Source of the DNA: Takakia lepidozioides
Lineage: Eukaryota; Plantae; Bryophyta
Direction: 5' to 3'
DNA: 64,000 nucleotides
Assembly (NCBI GenBank): GCA_030704615.1
Contig: CM060734.1
Location: forward strand, 54,188,001 to 54,252,000
The notes under the pieces are model-generated. The model did no database searches and was not told where the DNA came from. It worked only from the letters and a program-made list of their open reading frames with translations. Shown here in pieces: positions 37,151-49,611 of the stretch (positions within the stretch are counted from its first letter, which is position 1; the number at the start of each line of letters is the position of its first letter). The position numbers and the translations under genes were made by a program.

Positions 37151-38699
37151 CACTACAACAGATTGCGGCTTTTATGACTCCCATGGGTGCGTAGTCATGA
37201 CAGATTTGTGGCAGAAATGCCATTTGCAGTCGTAAAATGCTTTTGAAGTCATAATGCAAGTCTGGGGAAGGCGTGTATGCGACTGCATGGCTCCGGACTC
37301 TGCGCAACACAGGTCAAACATGTTTGACCACGAATATTGGAATGGCAGATATGACTACTAGTCACGGTCATGGCTACACTGGAATGACGTGTACATATTG
37401 CTAGACAGACATATGACTTCATGACTCTCACTCTAATGCATTCTGCCAGATCATCACATAGATGAATCACTACATGACTGCACGTGTCAACACTTGCTTC
37501 TCTGGTTATATATATAATATATGAGTATTTATATTTTGAAAAAACGGAGACTCTGACCACTAGAATGAATTAAAAAAAACAAAAAAGAACAAAGTGCAAA
37601 AAGATTTAAAGAAAAACACATCGGCTGGTAAGTGGCACAGTGTGTCGCCATGGTGGTTTGGGATTCAAACCCGCTGCCCTTATCCTGTATGTGGGATTGT
37701 TCGTGACGGTATGTCAAGGCGTTGATCGTCCTGTAGGTCTTATGGCCCATAAATGAAGGCGGGTGAAATTTTCCCCCTCCTCAAGGGCTTGTGGTTTCCA
37801 AGAAAAGAAAAAAAAGAAAAAAAATCAAAAAGGGGCTTTTAGGGTTTACAAAAAGGTTAAAAAACTTAAAAAGTTGCCCGTCACGGTCGCGTGAACAGAC
37901 TTAGAGCAAGTGGGAGGGAGAGAGAGAGAGGGCTGGGACTGGGAGGGAGAGAGAGGGAGTGAGGGCAAACATGCATGGGAGGCCCGCAGTTGGAGCAACC
38001 TTCGCATCTAAGGCTCTACGTCTGCTTCTCCATGCTAGAAAGCAATTATCTCCTCTCCTTGATCCTGCAGCTTGTCGGGGCTCTACTATGGTGGGTTTCA
38101 TTCAGGTCCGGATGACTGCAGAGGAGGAATGTTAATTCGTGAGCCCGCTCATGGAAACCATGACTTGAATCGAGCAGCAGGTCTGCCAACCAGTGCCCAA
38201 AAATAGTTGAATCAGTACAAATGTGATAACATCCGTGAAGCAGATGCAGTGATGGACAGGTCTGATCTTAATCTTGCCGGTCACTTGCCCTGCAGCATGA
38301 CCACGCACAAGCTCACTACCGCCCGAAGCCCCACAACCCCCTGCTCGGACCACATCATCCGTCCTCATGAAGAGGCCCAGGTGTACTTGTCTCTCTATGT
38401 TAGTCTCCATTTCAACATTACGCATATCGCTGCTCCACCCTGGTGGCCCACAGGCGCGTTTTCCACGACACCCACCTACCTTTGGCATCAGCGCACCTTC
38501 TCTCATTCCCACAGGACCTGGTCCTGGCGTGTTAGCAGCATGGCTTATCATAATCGACCATGGCGGCCCTGTCTATCTTCCTGGCATTTTCCAGTTCAAT
38601 GACTGGAGCGAAGCCCCCCTCTTGCGGCGCACCATGCTGGCTGGCACTCTTTCGAACCAGCTGCTGGTCAATTTGCTATCTCTACCCCGACTCAATCTC

Positions 38700-39965
38700 A
38701 ACCTCAATAGCACCCAAGTTCTGGAAAGGGGCAAAGAGGTCCATGACACTATCATCAAAGCTGGACTTTTACCAGATATCATTTCAGAGTCGACCACTGT
38801 CAAAGGTCAGGCCATTCTTCTTCTTCGAGGAGTTGAGGAGAAACTACCAAGGGATAAAGACAGAGAAATTACGGAGCTTACAAGAGTTCCAGCGCAAGGT
38901 CGAGGACAATGTGGTGAGGGCACCTTCTTCTTCGACCTATTTCAGCCTGTTTTGCCCTCTCATCAGACTCGGCCCTGAGATGCATATTGAATTTTGTAAG
39001 TTAGCTCATTGCTCGTTGATAAGTAGGGTTGGGGGTGTTTGCTGGAACAATTCTAGGCTGTCATTGTTAGCTGCTAGCATGAAGGCAAGGATGTATGCAT
39101 GATTTTGTGCAGAGGCATAGATAGCTGAAAGAGCAGGGATAGAATGTGGGCCCAGATTCGTCCAAGAGGGCTGGATTTCAAGCTCCATTATTTCAGTGTC
39201 ATCCATTCAGCCAGGGATTTCCTGGTGACATTGCCAATGCTTTACTTGCAACACGATGCTTGTAAAGCTTCCTTAGCTTGAATGCTGATTATGCTTGAAT
39301 TATTAGGTTGGTAAAGCCAGTTTTGAAATTTTCATGGTAATCAACGTAGGTTGCAAGCCATTTACATCAGACCATGGGTGGACTGGAAGACAGCCATTGA
39401 AAGTCCCGGTGCAGTTAATACCAGTGGAGAGCAGTGTAAGCTTCATATGCCCTTCCAAGTCAGGAGGCGAATGCCTGTCAAATTACCACATGTCCTTCTA
39501 AACACTGCCCCTGCCCTGGTGGACATGTATGCCAAATGTGGGTGCATCGAGGATGCCAAGGGAGTGTTCAACACTGTGGCTGAACGAGATGTGGTGTCGT
39601 GGAGTGCGATGCTTGCAGGGTATGCACAGCTGGGGTGCGGGATGGAGGCTCCAACCTTTGCGCAAATGATGGGGGAAGGGGTGAAGGCCGCTGACATAAC
39701 GTTTGTGTGAATTTACAATGCGTCTGGCAGCCCTGGAAAAGGGCAAAGAGATCCCTGGTAACATCATCAAATCTGCAATTGTACCAGATGTCATCCTGAA
39801 CATTGCTCTGGTGGCCATGTATGCTAAATGTGGGAGCGTTGAGGATGCTAAGGGAGTGTTCAACACTATGGCTGAACCAGATGTGGTGTCGTGGAATGCG
39901 ATGCTTGCAGGGTGTACAGAGCAGGAGCGCGAGATGGGGCTTTGGACACCTGAAAGCAAATGATG
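38700..39965 (+). pseudogene. Scrambled PLS-class PPR gene fragments
   Basis: LERGKEVHDTIIKAGLLPDII; ALVDMYAKCGCIEDAKGVFN...RDVVSWSAMLAGYAQ; LAALEKGKEI..PDVILNIALVAMYAKCGSVEDA. Confidence 0.88.
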
Positions 39966-40424
39966 GGGAAAGGGGTGAAGGTACCTTCTTCAACATATTT
40001 CACCTTGTTTTCCCTGCTAGTGTTTGCTTTGACAATTCTAGGCTGTCATTGTTAGCTGCTAGCAGCAAGGTGAGGATATATGCATGATTTGTGCAGAGGC
40101 ATGGATAGCTGAAGGAGTAGGGATTTTGTGTGGTTCCAAGAGGGTCAGATTTCAAGCACAAGATTACCTGTGATTCCCTGTGGATCAATAGCTACAAGAA
40201 ACCTGCATGGGTAGATGGTCAACTAGCAGCAACAGCACAAGTGATAAAATCAGGCACTGCTAATGGCATCTTCTTCAACACATTTCACCCTGTTTTTCCC
40301 TCTTTATCAGAATCGGCCCTAAATTTACATGTTCAATTCTGCAAGTTAGCTGGTTGAGTGAATCTAGTTTGGAGTGACTTTGACATGATACTGCCAATGT
40401 GACAACAGGAAAGTGTCAAAAAAC

Positions 40425-40510
40425 AGGTAACAGAGATGAGGAGAAGTTGTGGAATGAATACTTATCTGAGCCCAGTCATTGATGGGTCAACTGGGGCAGA
40501 AAGGTGAATG
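40425..40510 (+). pseudogene. OSB-type PDF-motif exon relic
   Basis: GNRDEEKLWNEYLSEPSH*WVNWGRK followed by a GTGAAT splice donor. Confidence 0.6.
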
Positions 40511-40558
40511 CCTGCTACATCTCAAAGAGTAGCAGACGCGATTTAGCATAGGAACTAG

Positions 40559-41022
40559 TGTGTTACGCTAACTAGGACATTTTAGATATTTATATTTATA
40601 TTTTGTGTGTTGGGACTTCATTTGGTCTCACATGCCAAGTGAGGTGTCGAGCCTCACTTGAGACATGGAGATAGGTTTTCCCCTTGTGAGTGTTGAGGAG
40701 GCTCATCTTCTTGTAGTGATAAGAGATGAGAAATGAGAGAAGTAGAAGACAATGAAAGCTCTCAAAGCATGAAGCAATCACATGAAGAACAAGCCCTAGT
40801 CCTTCCAAGTGAAATCCACTCTATCACATAAACTAAGTCAAGCCAAGGGCACCTTTGCTAAATGAATCCACCCTACAAAGCCCTCAACACACTCCCTCTC
40901 AATACCTAGAGCTATGGAGGTGAGAGAAGCTCATGGAGGCTCAATAGCTTTCTAGGATTGTGTGCTTAGATTGTGTGGTGGACAACGATGTATGTTGTGG
41001 CACGATGCTTAGGTGCACGACA
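40559..41022. repeat. Possible solo or partial LTR of another family
   Basis: TG..CA ends, non-coding, abutting the gag-PR break. The flanks actag/actgg differ by 1 nt. Confidence 0.35.
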
Positions 41023-43207
41023 ACTGGCATAGAATCATCAAAGTCCATGACTGTTTCTCGCCCTTCCGGCTTCACATTATAACTGGTCACCTTGCTGTTC
41101 AGGTATGTGTTCCTTGTTACATGGGCAATTCGATTGATTGTTTGATATAGCCTGTGTCTAAAATAAGGTGCCACAGCCAATAGCTGTCCAATGGTAATCT
41201 CCGCTTTGGACTGGCATATTACTTCAGCCAAAGTCCCTTCATTACTCTGCATTTCTGCAGCTTCTTTCTTCCCTTCATCCTCACTCACTTCCTCTTCTCT
41301 TTCAGAATCAGAGGAATCTGCCATAGGAATATCAGTACTCTTCTGCATTTCCCTTATGGTATCTGCCACTTCCTTGTGCAATTCCTTCTCATCTCTCCAA
41401 GCCTCATCATCTTCAGGCACATCACTGCCATCTTCATTATCATCACCTTCCTCATCTACTGGAGGTATTATTTTGGCTTTGCTTCTCGTTACTATCATTG
41501 TACTTACTTCTGGTACAACACATGGCCTAACCATGTGAGCTGCCACCACTGGCCCCTCATTCACAGGAGCTCTCATCTCATTCTGGTGTCTGATCCAGAA
41601 TGGACAGGCTGCCTTGCGATGTCCTGCCTGATTACAATAGTAACACAGTTCTTCCCCATTAGGTCCTCGCCCTTGGTCTGTTCTGGGATTGTTTCTGTAA
41701 TCCTGATTCCCTGGCTGGTAATTTCCCCTTGGATTACCCTGATAGTTACCTTTAGAATTTCCTTGGTAATTCCCTCTTGGATTACCTCTCCTTTCCATGC
41801 CATTGTTATAACCACCAGGCCTACCATAGTGGTGTTGATCACTGTTTCTTCTTGGCTGGGGCTGAACTTGATGCACCCTTACTTGCCTAGGTTCTCTAGC
41901 TGCTGTCCTTCTGTTGTAGTAACAATTCTCAGTAGAATAGTTATCCATTTTACAGATAGTACAGTGTTTCTCCTTCATGTGGCATTCAGTGGTGGTATGG
42001 CCTTCATTCTGGCACTTTGCACACCAAACACCCTTCCTCCAATGTGTTGCAGCCTCTGTGGCATACTTCTTCAAGATTTCTTATAATCTTTTCTCATAGT
42101 TATCCCTCTTCAACTTTTCCTTCCTCTTTCCATATACTCCTCAACAGTTTCATGCTTCTTTTGCTTTAACTGTTGTAAACTTCCATACACTTCATCCTCA
42201 GTTTTACTTGTCTTGAACCTATTTCGGAATGCTGTATTCAAGCCATTCCAAGTTAGGAAATGATTATCATGGAATCTTGCATACCATTCACTTGCTTTTT
42301 TTATAAGTGAACAAGGAAACAGTCTCATCTTGGCATCATCGCCATTCTCATTGTTCACAATACATATGTGTTCAAATTGGCTAATGTGTACATCAGGATC
42401 CCCTTTTCCTGAATATATTGGAAAATGTGGTTTTGCCCGTGTTGGTTGTAACGCCATCTGTGGCCCTACCTTCTGCCCACTGACAGATGCTGGCCCCCTT
42501 GCTGGTGCTGGTCCTTGAGGACTTGTTGTAGTTGTGGTGGAACTTCCACCAAGTGCTGGCCCTTGAACACTCCCTGCTACTGGCCCCACTATATTCACAG
42601 TATTCTCAGCTCCAGTTGCACTACTTCCCACACTCCCTGTCCCCCCAGAGCTAGATCCAGGCTGCCCGCCTGATCCCCCTAAGCCGACACCTTCGTTGGC
42701 CTGTGATCCAAGTGCTCCACTTGATCCAGGTCCAACGGGTTGGGATGTCCTGGTTGTAGTCTCAACCTCAGCTGTTGGGTCTACTTCTTCATACTCTTCC
42801 TCTTCCAATTTCTTCTCTCTGTTTTCATCCTCCAAGTTCTGTCCTTGGGTTTCTTCTTCACTCATGTAACTCAACTGTAATAGTGTTGGAGAGTCTGAAC
42901 TCTCCGTTGGCTCTGCCACATCCTCTACTCCTTCTTCGTCTTCCGTCTCAGAAACTGGAGTTCCTGCTTTTGGTGTTCCATGCCAACTCTTATCAAAGAT
43001 TTCTGTCAAATCTTTTATCCAGGGATGTACCTCAGATCTTTCACCTCGTGGTTGATCTTCTTCCTGTACCAATTCCCTTAATCTTTCTTGCAAAGAAAAA
43101 GAAGGAGTGGCATCCAACTCTAGTTCTTCCGGTATGGGTGACGTACTCTCTGATCTTATGGTGTGAGAGGTCCAGATGATTCCCTTATGTCTATTCCTCT
43201 CTCCCAA
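41023..43207 (-). pseudogene. Gypsy gag with zinc knuckles (internal deletion near 42110)
   Basis: Retrotrans_gag-like DPDVHISQF..KMRLFPCSL..ASEWY; knuckles CAKCQNEGHTTTEC, CTICKMDNYSTENC and CYYCNQAGHRKAAC. Confidence 0.93.
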
Positions 43208-43300
43208 AGATATTAGCTTTCAGATAACTTTCTCTTTTTGCTGAATATCTCTGGAGTCTAGCTTCTCTTTCATCACTCATGTCCCATGTCTTTCATTTCT

Positions 43301-43868
43301 TTAATGTGGCAATAACCAAAACTCTCTTCTGTAGTATCTCTCGTATATGCCTGGGTTCCTTTCAATCTTCAATGCACCCTTGGCTATACTAGAAGTCTCC
43401 GTTACCATATAACCATATGGCAAACAAGTCTGGAAAGCTGTTCTTGGTGTGAGTTTGATCCAGAGAATATCCTTTGGAATCCAATTCTTTACCAGAACAA
43501 GCTCCTCATGCATATGAATATAAACATTCACCTTCCTTTCCTCCCAGCCTTCAAACTCTACTCGCTTAATGGATAGCAATGCTATCACATAAACCAGTGT
43601 TGGTAACCAACGTGCTCTTCCTCTACAGGCCACCTGATAAATCTTTATCACTCCTTTCTCCAGACCCCACTCAGGGTCAGCATCATGCACTCTCTTAAGA
43701 ATGTTTTCTTTACAACCGTCTGGCAATTCCAAGAACCTCTGAAAGAATTGTTTGGACAATCTTTCCTTCTCAGTTTCACAAAGAATTTGATTCACATCAA
43801 ATTCTTTAATTCTCCAACCATCATGATCCCACCAGATGCCTGTCACATCTGGTTGTTCATGACCCAGG
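43301..43868 (-). CDS. Extra ORF of unknown function between the PBS and gag
   Basis: About 190 open codons directly after the PBS; the same reading, ending LLPH*, is recognisable in the second copy at 19087-19656. Confidence 0.5.
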
Positions 43869-43886
43869 TCCCCAGTATGGTTGCCA
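43869..43886 (-). promoter_or_regulatory. Primer-binding site, tRNA-Arg-like
   Basis: TGGCAACCATACTGGGGA, 2 nt after the 5' LTR. It resembles the plant tRNA-Arg-type PBS TGGCGACTCCACTGGGGA, and an identical copy lies at 19069-19086. Confidence 0.75.
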
Positions 43887-43888
43887 AA

Positions 43889-44804
43889 TGTCGAGCGGCT
43901 TTTACTCACCCATCCCTTCGCTATCCGAGGTGGAAACTCCAAGATAGAAGAGTTGGATATCTCTAAGCACTCAGCCCGCTCAGAACAATCAGTCATGACC
44001 TGTAGCTAGTGAATCATGGTTGTGCTTCCTATTTGTATTCCTTCTTGCCTTTATGTTATCAATTTACCTTACCGTGTATACTGAAGCATTAGTCTTCAGT
44101 ATCTACTAAGTTCCAGTTACTCATGCATTCATTCCACAGCTTCACTCATGTCTCTCTACACAGTGTGATTGTATCGAATAAGTATCAGATTATGATTTAT
44201 CAGGTATCAGGCCAATGCCATGGTGACTCTAATCTGCCCTACAGTATCACTACAGCTTTGCATGTAACAAGCATCTACTGTTCATCTTTCCTCCTTCTCC
44301 GTGCTCTCGTTCTTGCTCTCTGCCTGATCTCCTCTCATGCATGACCAAGAAGCGCTCCCCGTGAAGTGATCCCCTTTCCGTTGCCGCTCTCCTAATCTAC
44401 CCGCAAGCTGTTCTAACCACCTAACTAACTAACCGTCACTCCTAAAGTAACACGTTCCCTCTGCAGATGTCGTTCCCTCACAGTCGTTCCCTGTCAATGA
44501 TAACTGTTCCCCATGTACTGTGATAGGCTATGTCAAGCTGTGCCGAGCTGTGACTGGCTGTGTAAAGCTGTGTCGGGCTGTGTCAAGCTGTGCGAAGCTG
44601 TGTCGGGCTGTGACTGGCTGTGTAAAGCTGTGCGAAGCTGTGTCGGGCTGTGACTGGCTGTGTGGAGCTGTGTCGGGCTGTGTAACCCCCCCTAAAGCCT
44701 GCTGCTGCCATCCCTAAGGCTCATGTTGGTCTCAGTCTGCGCAAAAATTAAGGGTACCCCACAGAACCCATAAAAGCGTCTAAGTCCCAAACAGCCCTCT
44801 AACA
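43889..44804 (-). repeat. 5' LTR (916 bp)
   Basis: tgtcgagcgg...acagccctctaaca followed by the TSD ccacc. Confidence 0.97.
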
Positions 44805-44809
44805 CCACC

Positions 44810-45890
44810 ACTTTGCAACAAACTCACATGGCGCCTTTACTGTCCTACTCCATGCACATAGACCATGTAAATATGCATACACATATACATATACTAATAC
44901 ATGTGGTACATGTATTCATATTACCAAGCGCCTTGTCTATCCAGCCATCCCTGCTCTTCCAACCCTCGATGGGTTAGTAACACTGGATCGTGCTCCTTCC
45001 TGTCCTCACTCTCTTTCTGCCCCTTGGTGGACTCCCAATACTTCACCAATGCATCCCAATGGGTGGACTCTACACTCGGAGGGCATGAACCTCCAACCTT
45101 CCACCCCAACTTTAGTTTCTGGCGGTACACTTTTACAATCCTCCCACATGCTGCATGGAACTTGGATACGCTCATAGGTTAAGGATTGTACTCAAAATCC
45201 TTGTCCATGGCTTCCTTAACCTTGGCCATGTCATTGGGTTCTTGCTTGTCTGCTAGCAAAATGCTAGGATCAAGATATCTGATGCACAGTCCCCGCAAGG
45301 AGCTCTGCCAGTAATCCTTCCCCTCACACCCCTGGTCTACTGCCCCCTTAGAGTTTAGTTGTACCTTGTGCACCTTCAGCCCAACGGCCTTTCAGGATTT
45401 GGCATTAGTTTCTTGTGCCTTTGAAGCCTACCTCTTTGCACGTTTTTTGTCTGCAGCCTCATAATGCACATCCCCTTGCTGTGTGGAATCGTGATCATCA
45501 CCATGAGGGGGTGTGAATGGAGGAGGACCACCATTAAAAGGGGGGCCTGCCCACTGCCCACCAGCAGTGGGACAAGGAGGTGCCCAAGTTTGGGCAGCTC
45601 CTTGTACCCATGTCCATTACCTCCGGAATTGGACCCACCTGGTATCCATGACCATGAATTGGTTGTGGGTAGTGGGGCCATGGGCTGCTGCCAGGTAGGC
45701 GGTCCTTGCTGCAGCCACGTTTGCCCGCCTGTGGACTATATACATGGCCCATTCGGGGCTTGTTGCACCCATGTCGTAGGTGGACCAGCAGCAGGAGCCA
45801 CAGCCTGAGGTCCCCCTTCCTTTGCACGCTTTGATGCAGCCTAACACAAGCCCCTCCACCCCACAGAGTTGGAACTTAGGGAAAAAAGGA
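44810..45890 (-). pseudogene. CACTA TnpA/PTTA-like accessory gene exons (host of the gypsy insertion)
   Basis: YW..SLRGLC.RYLD..and CPPSV..THWDALVKYWES..GQKESE, preceded by a P/Q/W-rich low-complexity region. Confidence 0.6.
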
Positions 45891-46454
45891 AGTGGCATGG
45901 CAAAAGTTGAACCTGCATGCTAGCAATGAACGCATACAGACCTTGGCCCAAAGTGCCTTAAAATGTTTGGCATCCGATGGTGTGAATGCATGGAACGTCA
46001 TGCTCTGGCAACCTTGCAATGACCCACATCCATTTCCATATCAAAAAATGTACACTGCCTGGTCCAAAATACCCTCCCTCATACATTCAGGGCCGAGTCT
46101 GATGAGAGGGCAAAGTAGACTGAATTTCAACTCAGTGGGGATAAGCCTATCTGTACCCACTATCGTAATTAAAAAACCCATGACAAAACCAAGCTGTATT
46201 GCAGCTGACTCCCTCCCTCTCTCTGAAAATCTAAACTGTCCGGGGTTTTCTAAGCAGACAGACCCTCTTGTCAAATCTACTAGGGGAATTATGCCTGTAC
46301 CTTTGTTGTGGGCGCGGGGTCAATGGGCACGGCAAACAACGGCAAACAACGGCAAACAACATCTTGGGAGTACTCATTCTTACAGGTACAATTTCATGTT
46401 GATAGATCTGACAAGAAAGTCTCGCTGCTTAAAAAAACCCCTTTCACTGAATCA

Positions 46455-47957
46455 ATAAGTTGAAGAAGAAGGTGCCATCACCACCACCCAACCTGCTAAC
46501 TTCCAGAAATTCAACATGCAATTGATAGGGCCGAGTCTGATGAGAGGGCAAAACAGGCTGCAATACGTCAAAGAAGAAGGTGCCCTCACCACCACCCAAC
46601 TTGCTAACTTACAGAATTCAACATGCATTCAGGGCCGAGTCTGATGACAGGGCAAAATAGGCGGCAATAGGTAGAAGAAGAAGGTGCCCTCACCACCACC
46701 CAACCAGCTACCTTATAAAATTCAACATGCATTCAGGGTCGAGTCTGATGACAGGGCAAAACAGGCTGCAATACGTCAAGGAAGAAGGTACCACCACCCA
46801 ACCAGCTAACTTACAGAATTCAACATGCATTCAGGGCCGAGTCTCATGACAGGGCAAAACAGGCTTCAATAGGTCAACGAAGAAGGTGCCCTCACCACCA
46901 CCCAACCAGCTACCTTGTAGAATTCAACATGCATTCAGGGCCGAGTCTGATGATAGGCAAAACAGGCTGCAATACGTCAAGGAAGAAGGTACCACCACCC
47001 AACCAGCTAACTTACAGAATACAACATGCATTCAGGGCCGAGTCTGATGACGGGGAAAAATAGGCTGCAATACGTCAAAGAAGAAGGTACCACCACCCAG
47101 CCAGCTAACTTACAGAATTCAACATGCATTCAGGGCCGAGTCTGATGACAGAGCAAAACATGCTTCAATAGGTCAACGAAGAAGGTGCCCTCATCACCAC
47201 CTAGCCAGCTAACTTGCAAAATTCAACATGCATTTGGGCCGAGTTTGATGAGAGGGCAAAACATAACGGGAATACGTCAAAGAAGAAGGTGCCCTCACCA
47301 CCACCCAACCAGCTTACTTCAGAATTCAACATGCATTCAGGGCTGAGTCTGATGAGAGGGCAAACCATACAACATTAGGTCAAAGAATAAGGTGCCCTCA
47401 CCACCACGGAACCAACTAACTTCAGAATGGCAACATGCATTCAGGGCCGAGTTTGATGAGAGGGCAAAATAGGCTGCAATAGGTCAAGGAAGAAGCTGCC
47501 CCCACCACCACCCAACCTCCTAACTTACAGAATTCAACATGCACTCAAGGCTGGGTCTGATGAGAGGGAAAAATAGGCAACAGTACGTCAAAGAAGAAGG
47601 TGCCTTCACCACCACCCAGAATGCTAACTTTCAGAAAATTCAACATGCATTTAGGGACAAGTCTGATGACAGGGCAAAACAGGTTGCAATAGGTCAAAGA
47701 AGAAGGTGCCCTCACCACCACCCAACCAGCTAACTTTAGGGTTTAACATGCATTCAGGGCTGAGTCTGATGAGAGGGCAAAACAGGCTGCAATAGGTTGA
47801 AGAAGAAGGTGCTCTCACCCCACCCAACCAGCTAACTTATAGACTTCAACATGCATTCAGGGACAAGTCTGATGACAAGGCAAAACAAGTTGCAATAGGT
47901 CAAAGAAGAAGGTGCCCTCACCACCACCCAACCAGCGTACTTACAGAATTAAACATG
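46455..47957. repeat. Tandem array, ~14.5 copies of a ~104-bp unit (97-106 bp)
   Basis: Unit cagggccgagtctgatgagagggcaaaacaggctgcaataggtcaaagaagaaggtgccctcaccaccacccaaccagctaacttacagaattcaacatgcatt; an extra partial unit lies at ~46083-46114. Confidence 0.97.
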
Positions 47958-48007
47958 GTCAAAAACTAGGTTTGTAAGACTCGTAAGAAAGGTAATGTGA
48001 CTTACCT

Positions 48008-48010
<3 letters not shown>

Positions 48011-48064
<54 letters not shown>
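48011..48064. repeat. (GA)n microsatellite
   Basis: Pure AG dinucleotide run. Confidence 0.97.
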
Positions 48065-48068
<4 letters not shown>

Positions 48069-49611
48069 AGAGAGGTCTTAGGGATCCCACCGCCATCTTG
48101 TTAGCCTCTTTAGTGGGGGTGGCAGTCCTAGCAGGCCATTTGGTAGGAGTCATTTGTGGACGAGCTGGCTCAAGCTTGTCAGCACTATCCACGTCCTCCT
48201 CCTCCGCTCTCTCGCTCTCTGGTGAGTAGTTTGCACTACGAGTCGCAGCACTATCCTCCTCCGAGTTTCTCTCCAAGTCGCTCGACTCCTTCTCCTCCAC
48301 ACCCATGTGAACATGAGTATTTGCACTCAAACGACTACTTCTTCGCAATGGGCCATTCCACACAACGGGCTTTTCGTGAGGCGTACTTTTTCTCTCTACA
48401 GTAGGAACTCGGATCACAATCGCGAGATGAAGTCAGTAGTGTGTAAAAGCGACTTATGCAAAAAATGCGAGAGATTGTGTGTGTGAGTCGAGAAAAAGTG
48501 AGAGACTTGTCGCGACGTTGTCCATGTCCCGGGTTGCATCAGACGGTCCACGTCCATCCAGTGGCGGAGATCGGATGTTGACACGTCGTTTTTTTTCAAA
48601 ATAAAAACTAGGGTATAAAGTAACCACTACCTTAGTGTCCATAACAACTGCTGATTGCTGACATGGCAGTCAGTGATGGGCTATTGTAATCTAGGGACGT
48701 CGTTTATGTAACACCAGCTAGTTTGGCCCATGACAACGCATGGGAGGCTACATTGGGCCATGAACGAGGGGGAGCGCAATGCAAGTGTTACTTGAGCAAA
48801 TGATGAGCTGAGAATGTGAGCCAAACAATGAATGAGGAGGGGAGCACTGCATATAGAGTAGTGGAGCGTGGAGACTGCATTGACTTACCCATGACTGCCT
48901 TTTTGTTGCCATTGTAACAACCAGGCTTTGTTCTCGGCTATTCTTTGGGCACGGAAGGCTTCGTATGTGAGCATCCCATCCTCTTCTCCTGGGGTAAGTG
49001 ACTCCTCTTCTCTCCCACCATTAGCTTCAGCAACGGTTCTTGCCAAATCGTCTCCAGTGTAATCGTCATTCTTGTGTTTTGGGCTGCGTTCACTATCTGC
49101 CATAGAAGGACTCTCGGTTTTTTGCAAAAATGGGAAGAGAGAGTATAGTACTACACATTACAATGTCAACAATCACATCGATTGATGGCTTAGGCTGTAG
49201 ATACAAGCACATGACAACAAATGGGCGCTTGTTGACAAGAAGAGATACAACAAATGGGTTGGGCTGCAGCTCACCACCTTAAAGATATCCAATCTTAAAG
49301 CACTATACCTTGTAGCTAGACTCCAGGGTCTGTTAGCTCATTAAATGAGTGGTTAAATCCGCTCCAAATATTACTAGGAAGGTGGTTTGTAGATGACAAC
49401 AGTCATGTTTTTCCATTTTCTGCACTGTCACAGTCATACTCACTCTTTGTGTAGTTGTAAATGCCAATGATGACCTCTGAAACAATCACTCAAAAAGTGG
49501 TTTTTTACAAGTCTGTGAATAGTGACAGTAGGTTGTTGTAAGTCATTCTTAAGACTTAGTCTATTAATCCTGATTCTCCCCCTCATACCAAGCAAGGAAT
49601 TCCATAGCATC

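Larger units (their letters stand above)
37151..40558. mobile_element. Insertion beginning with a CACTA terminus and carrying host PPR/PDF fragments; right boundary uncertain
   Basis: CACTACAACAGA starts exactly where protease homology stops (37151), followed by catgac/gtcatg subterminal repeats. No matching TSD found. Confidence 0.6.
22362..44804 (-). mobile_element. Full-length Ty3/gypsy LTR retrotransposon (non-chromovirus, Athila/Phygy-like), degenerate, with nested insertions
   Basis: Two highly similar TG..CA LTRs, a 5-bp TSD CCACC (22357-22361 and 44805-44809), PBS, PPT, and gag-PR-RT-RH-INT order on the minus strand. Confidence 0.97.

Noticed and set aside
37151-37310. Novel N-terminal extension of the 434-aa pol ORF
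   Set aside because: Chance open frame across the CACTA terminus.
37640-37700. tRNA gene or SINE (box-B-like GGTTTGAATCCC on the minus strand)
   Set aside because: No cloverleaf or convincing box A; at most a degenerate remnant.
40706-40718. tcttcttgtagtg as the right TIR of the CACTA element starting at 37151
   Set aside because: The TIR match is only partial, the flanks differ (atc vs ata), and the site lies inside an LTR-like block.
46455-47957. Hammerhead-ribozyme (retrozyme) array, suggested by CTGATGA in most units
   Set aside because: No GAAA follows a closable stem II (the GAGGGCA/TGCCCTC stem is followed by ACCA), and no stem I partner exists after the candidate GTC sites.
46455-47957. 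CRISPR array
   Set aside because: Whole units are repeated with no unique spacers, there are no cas genes, and the context is eukaryotic.
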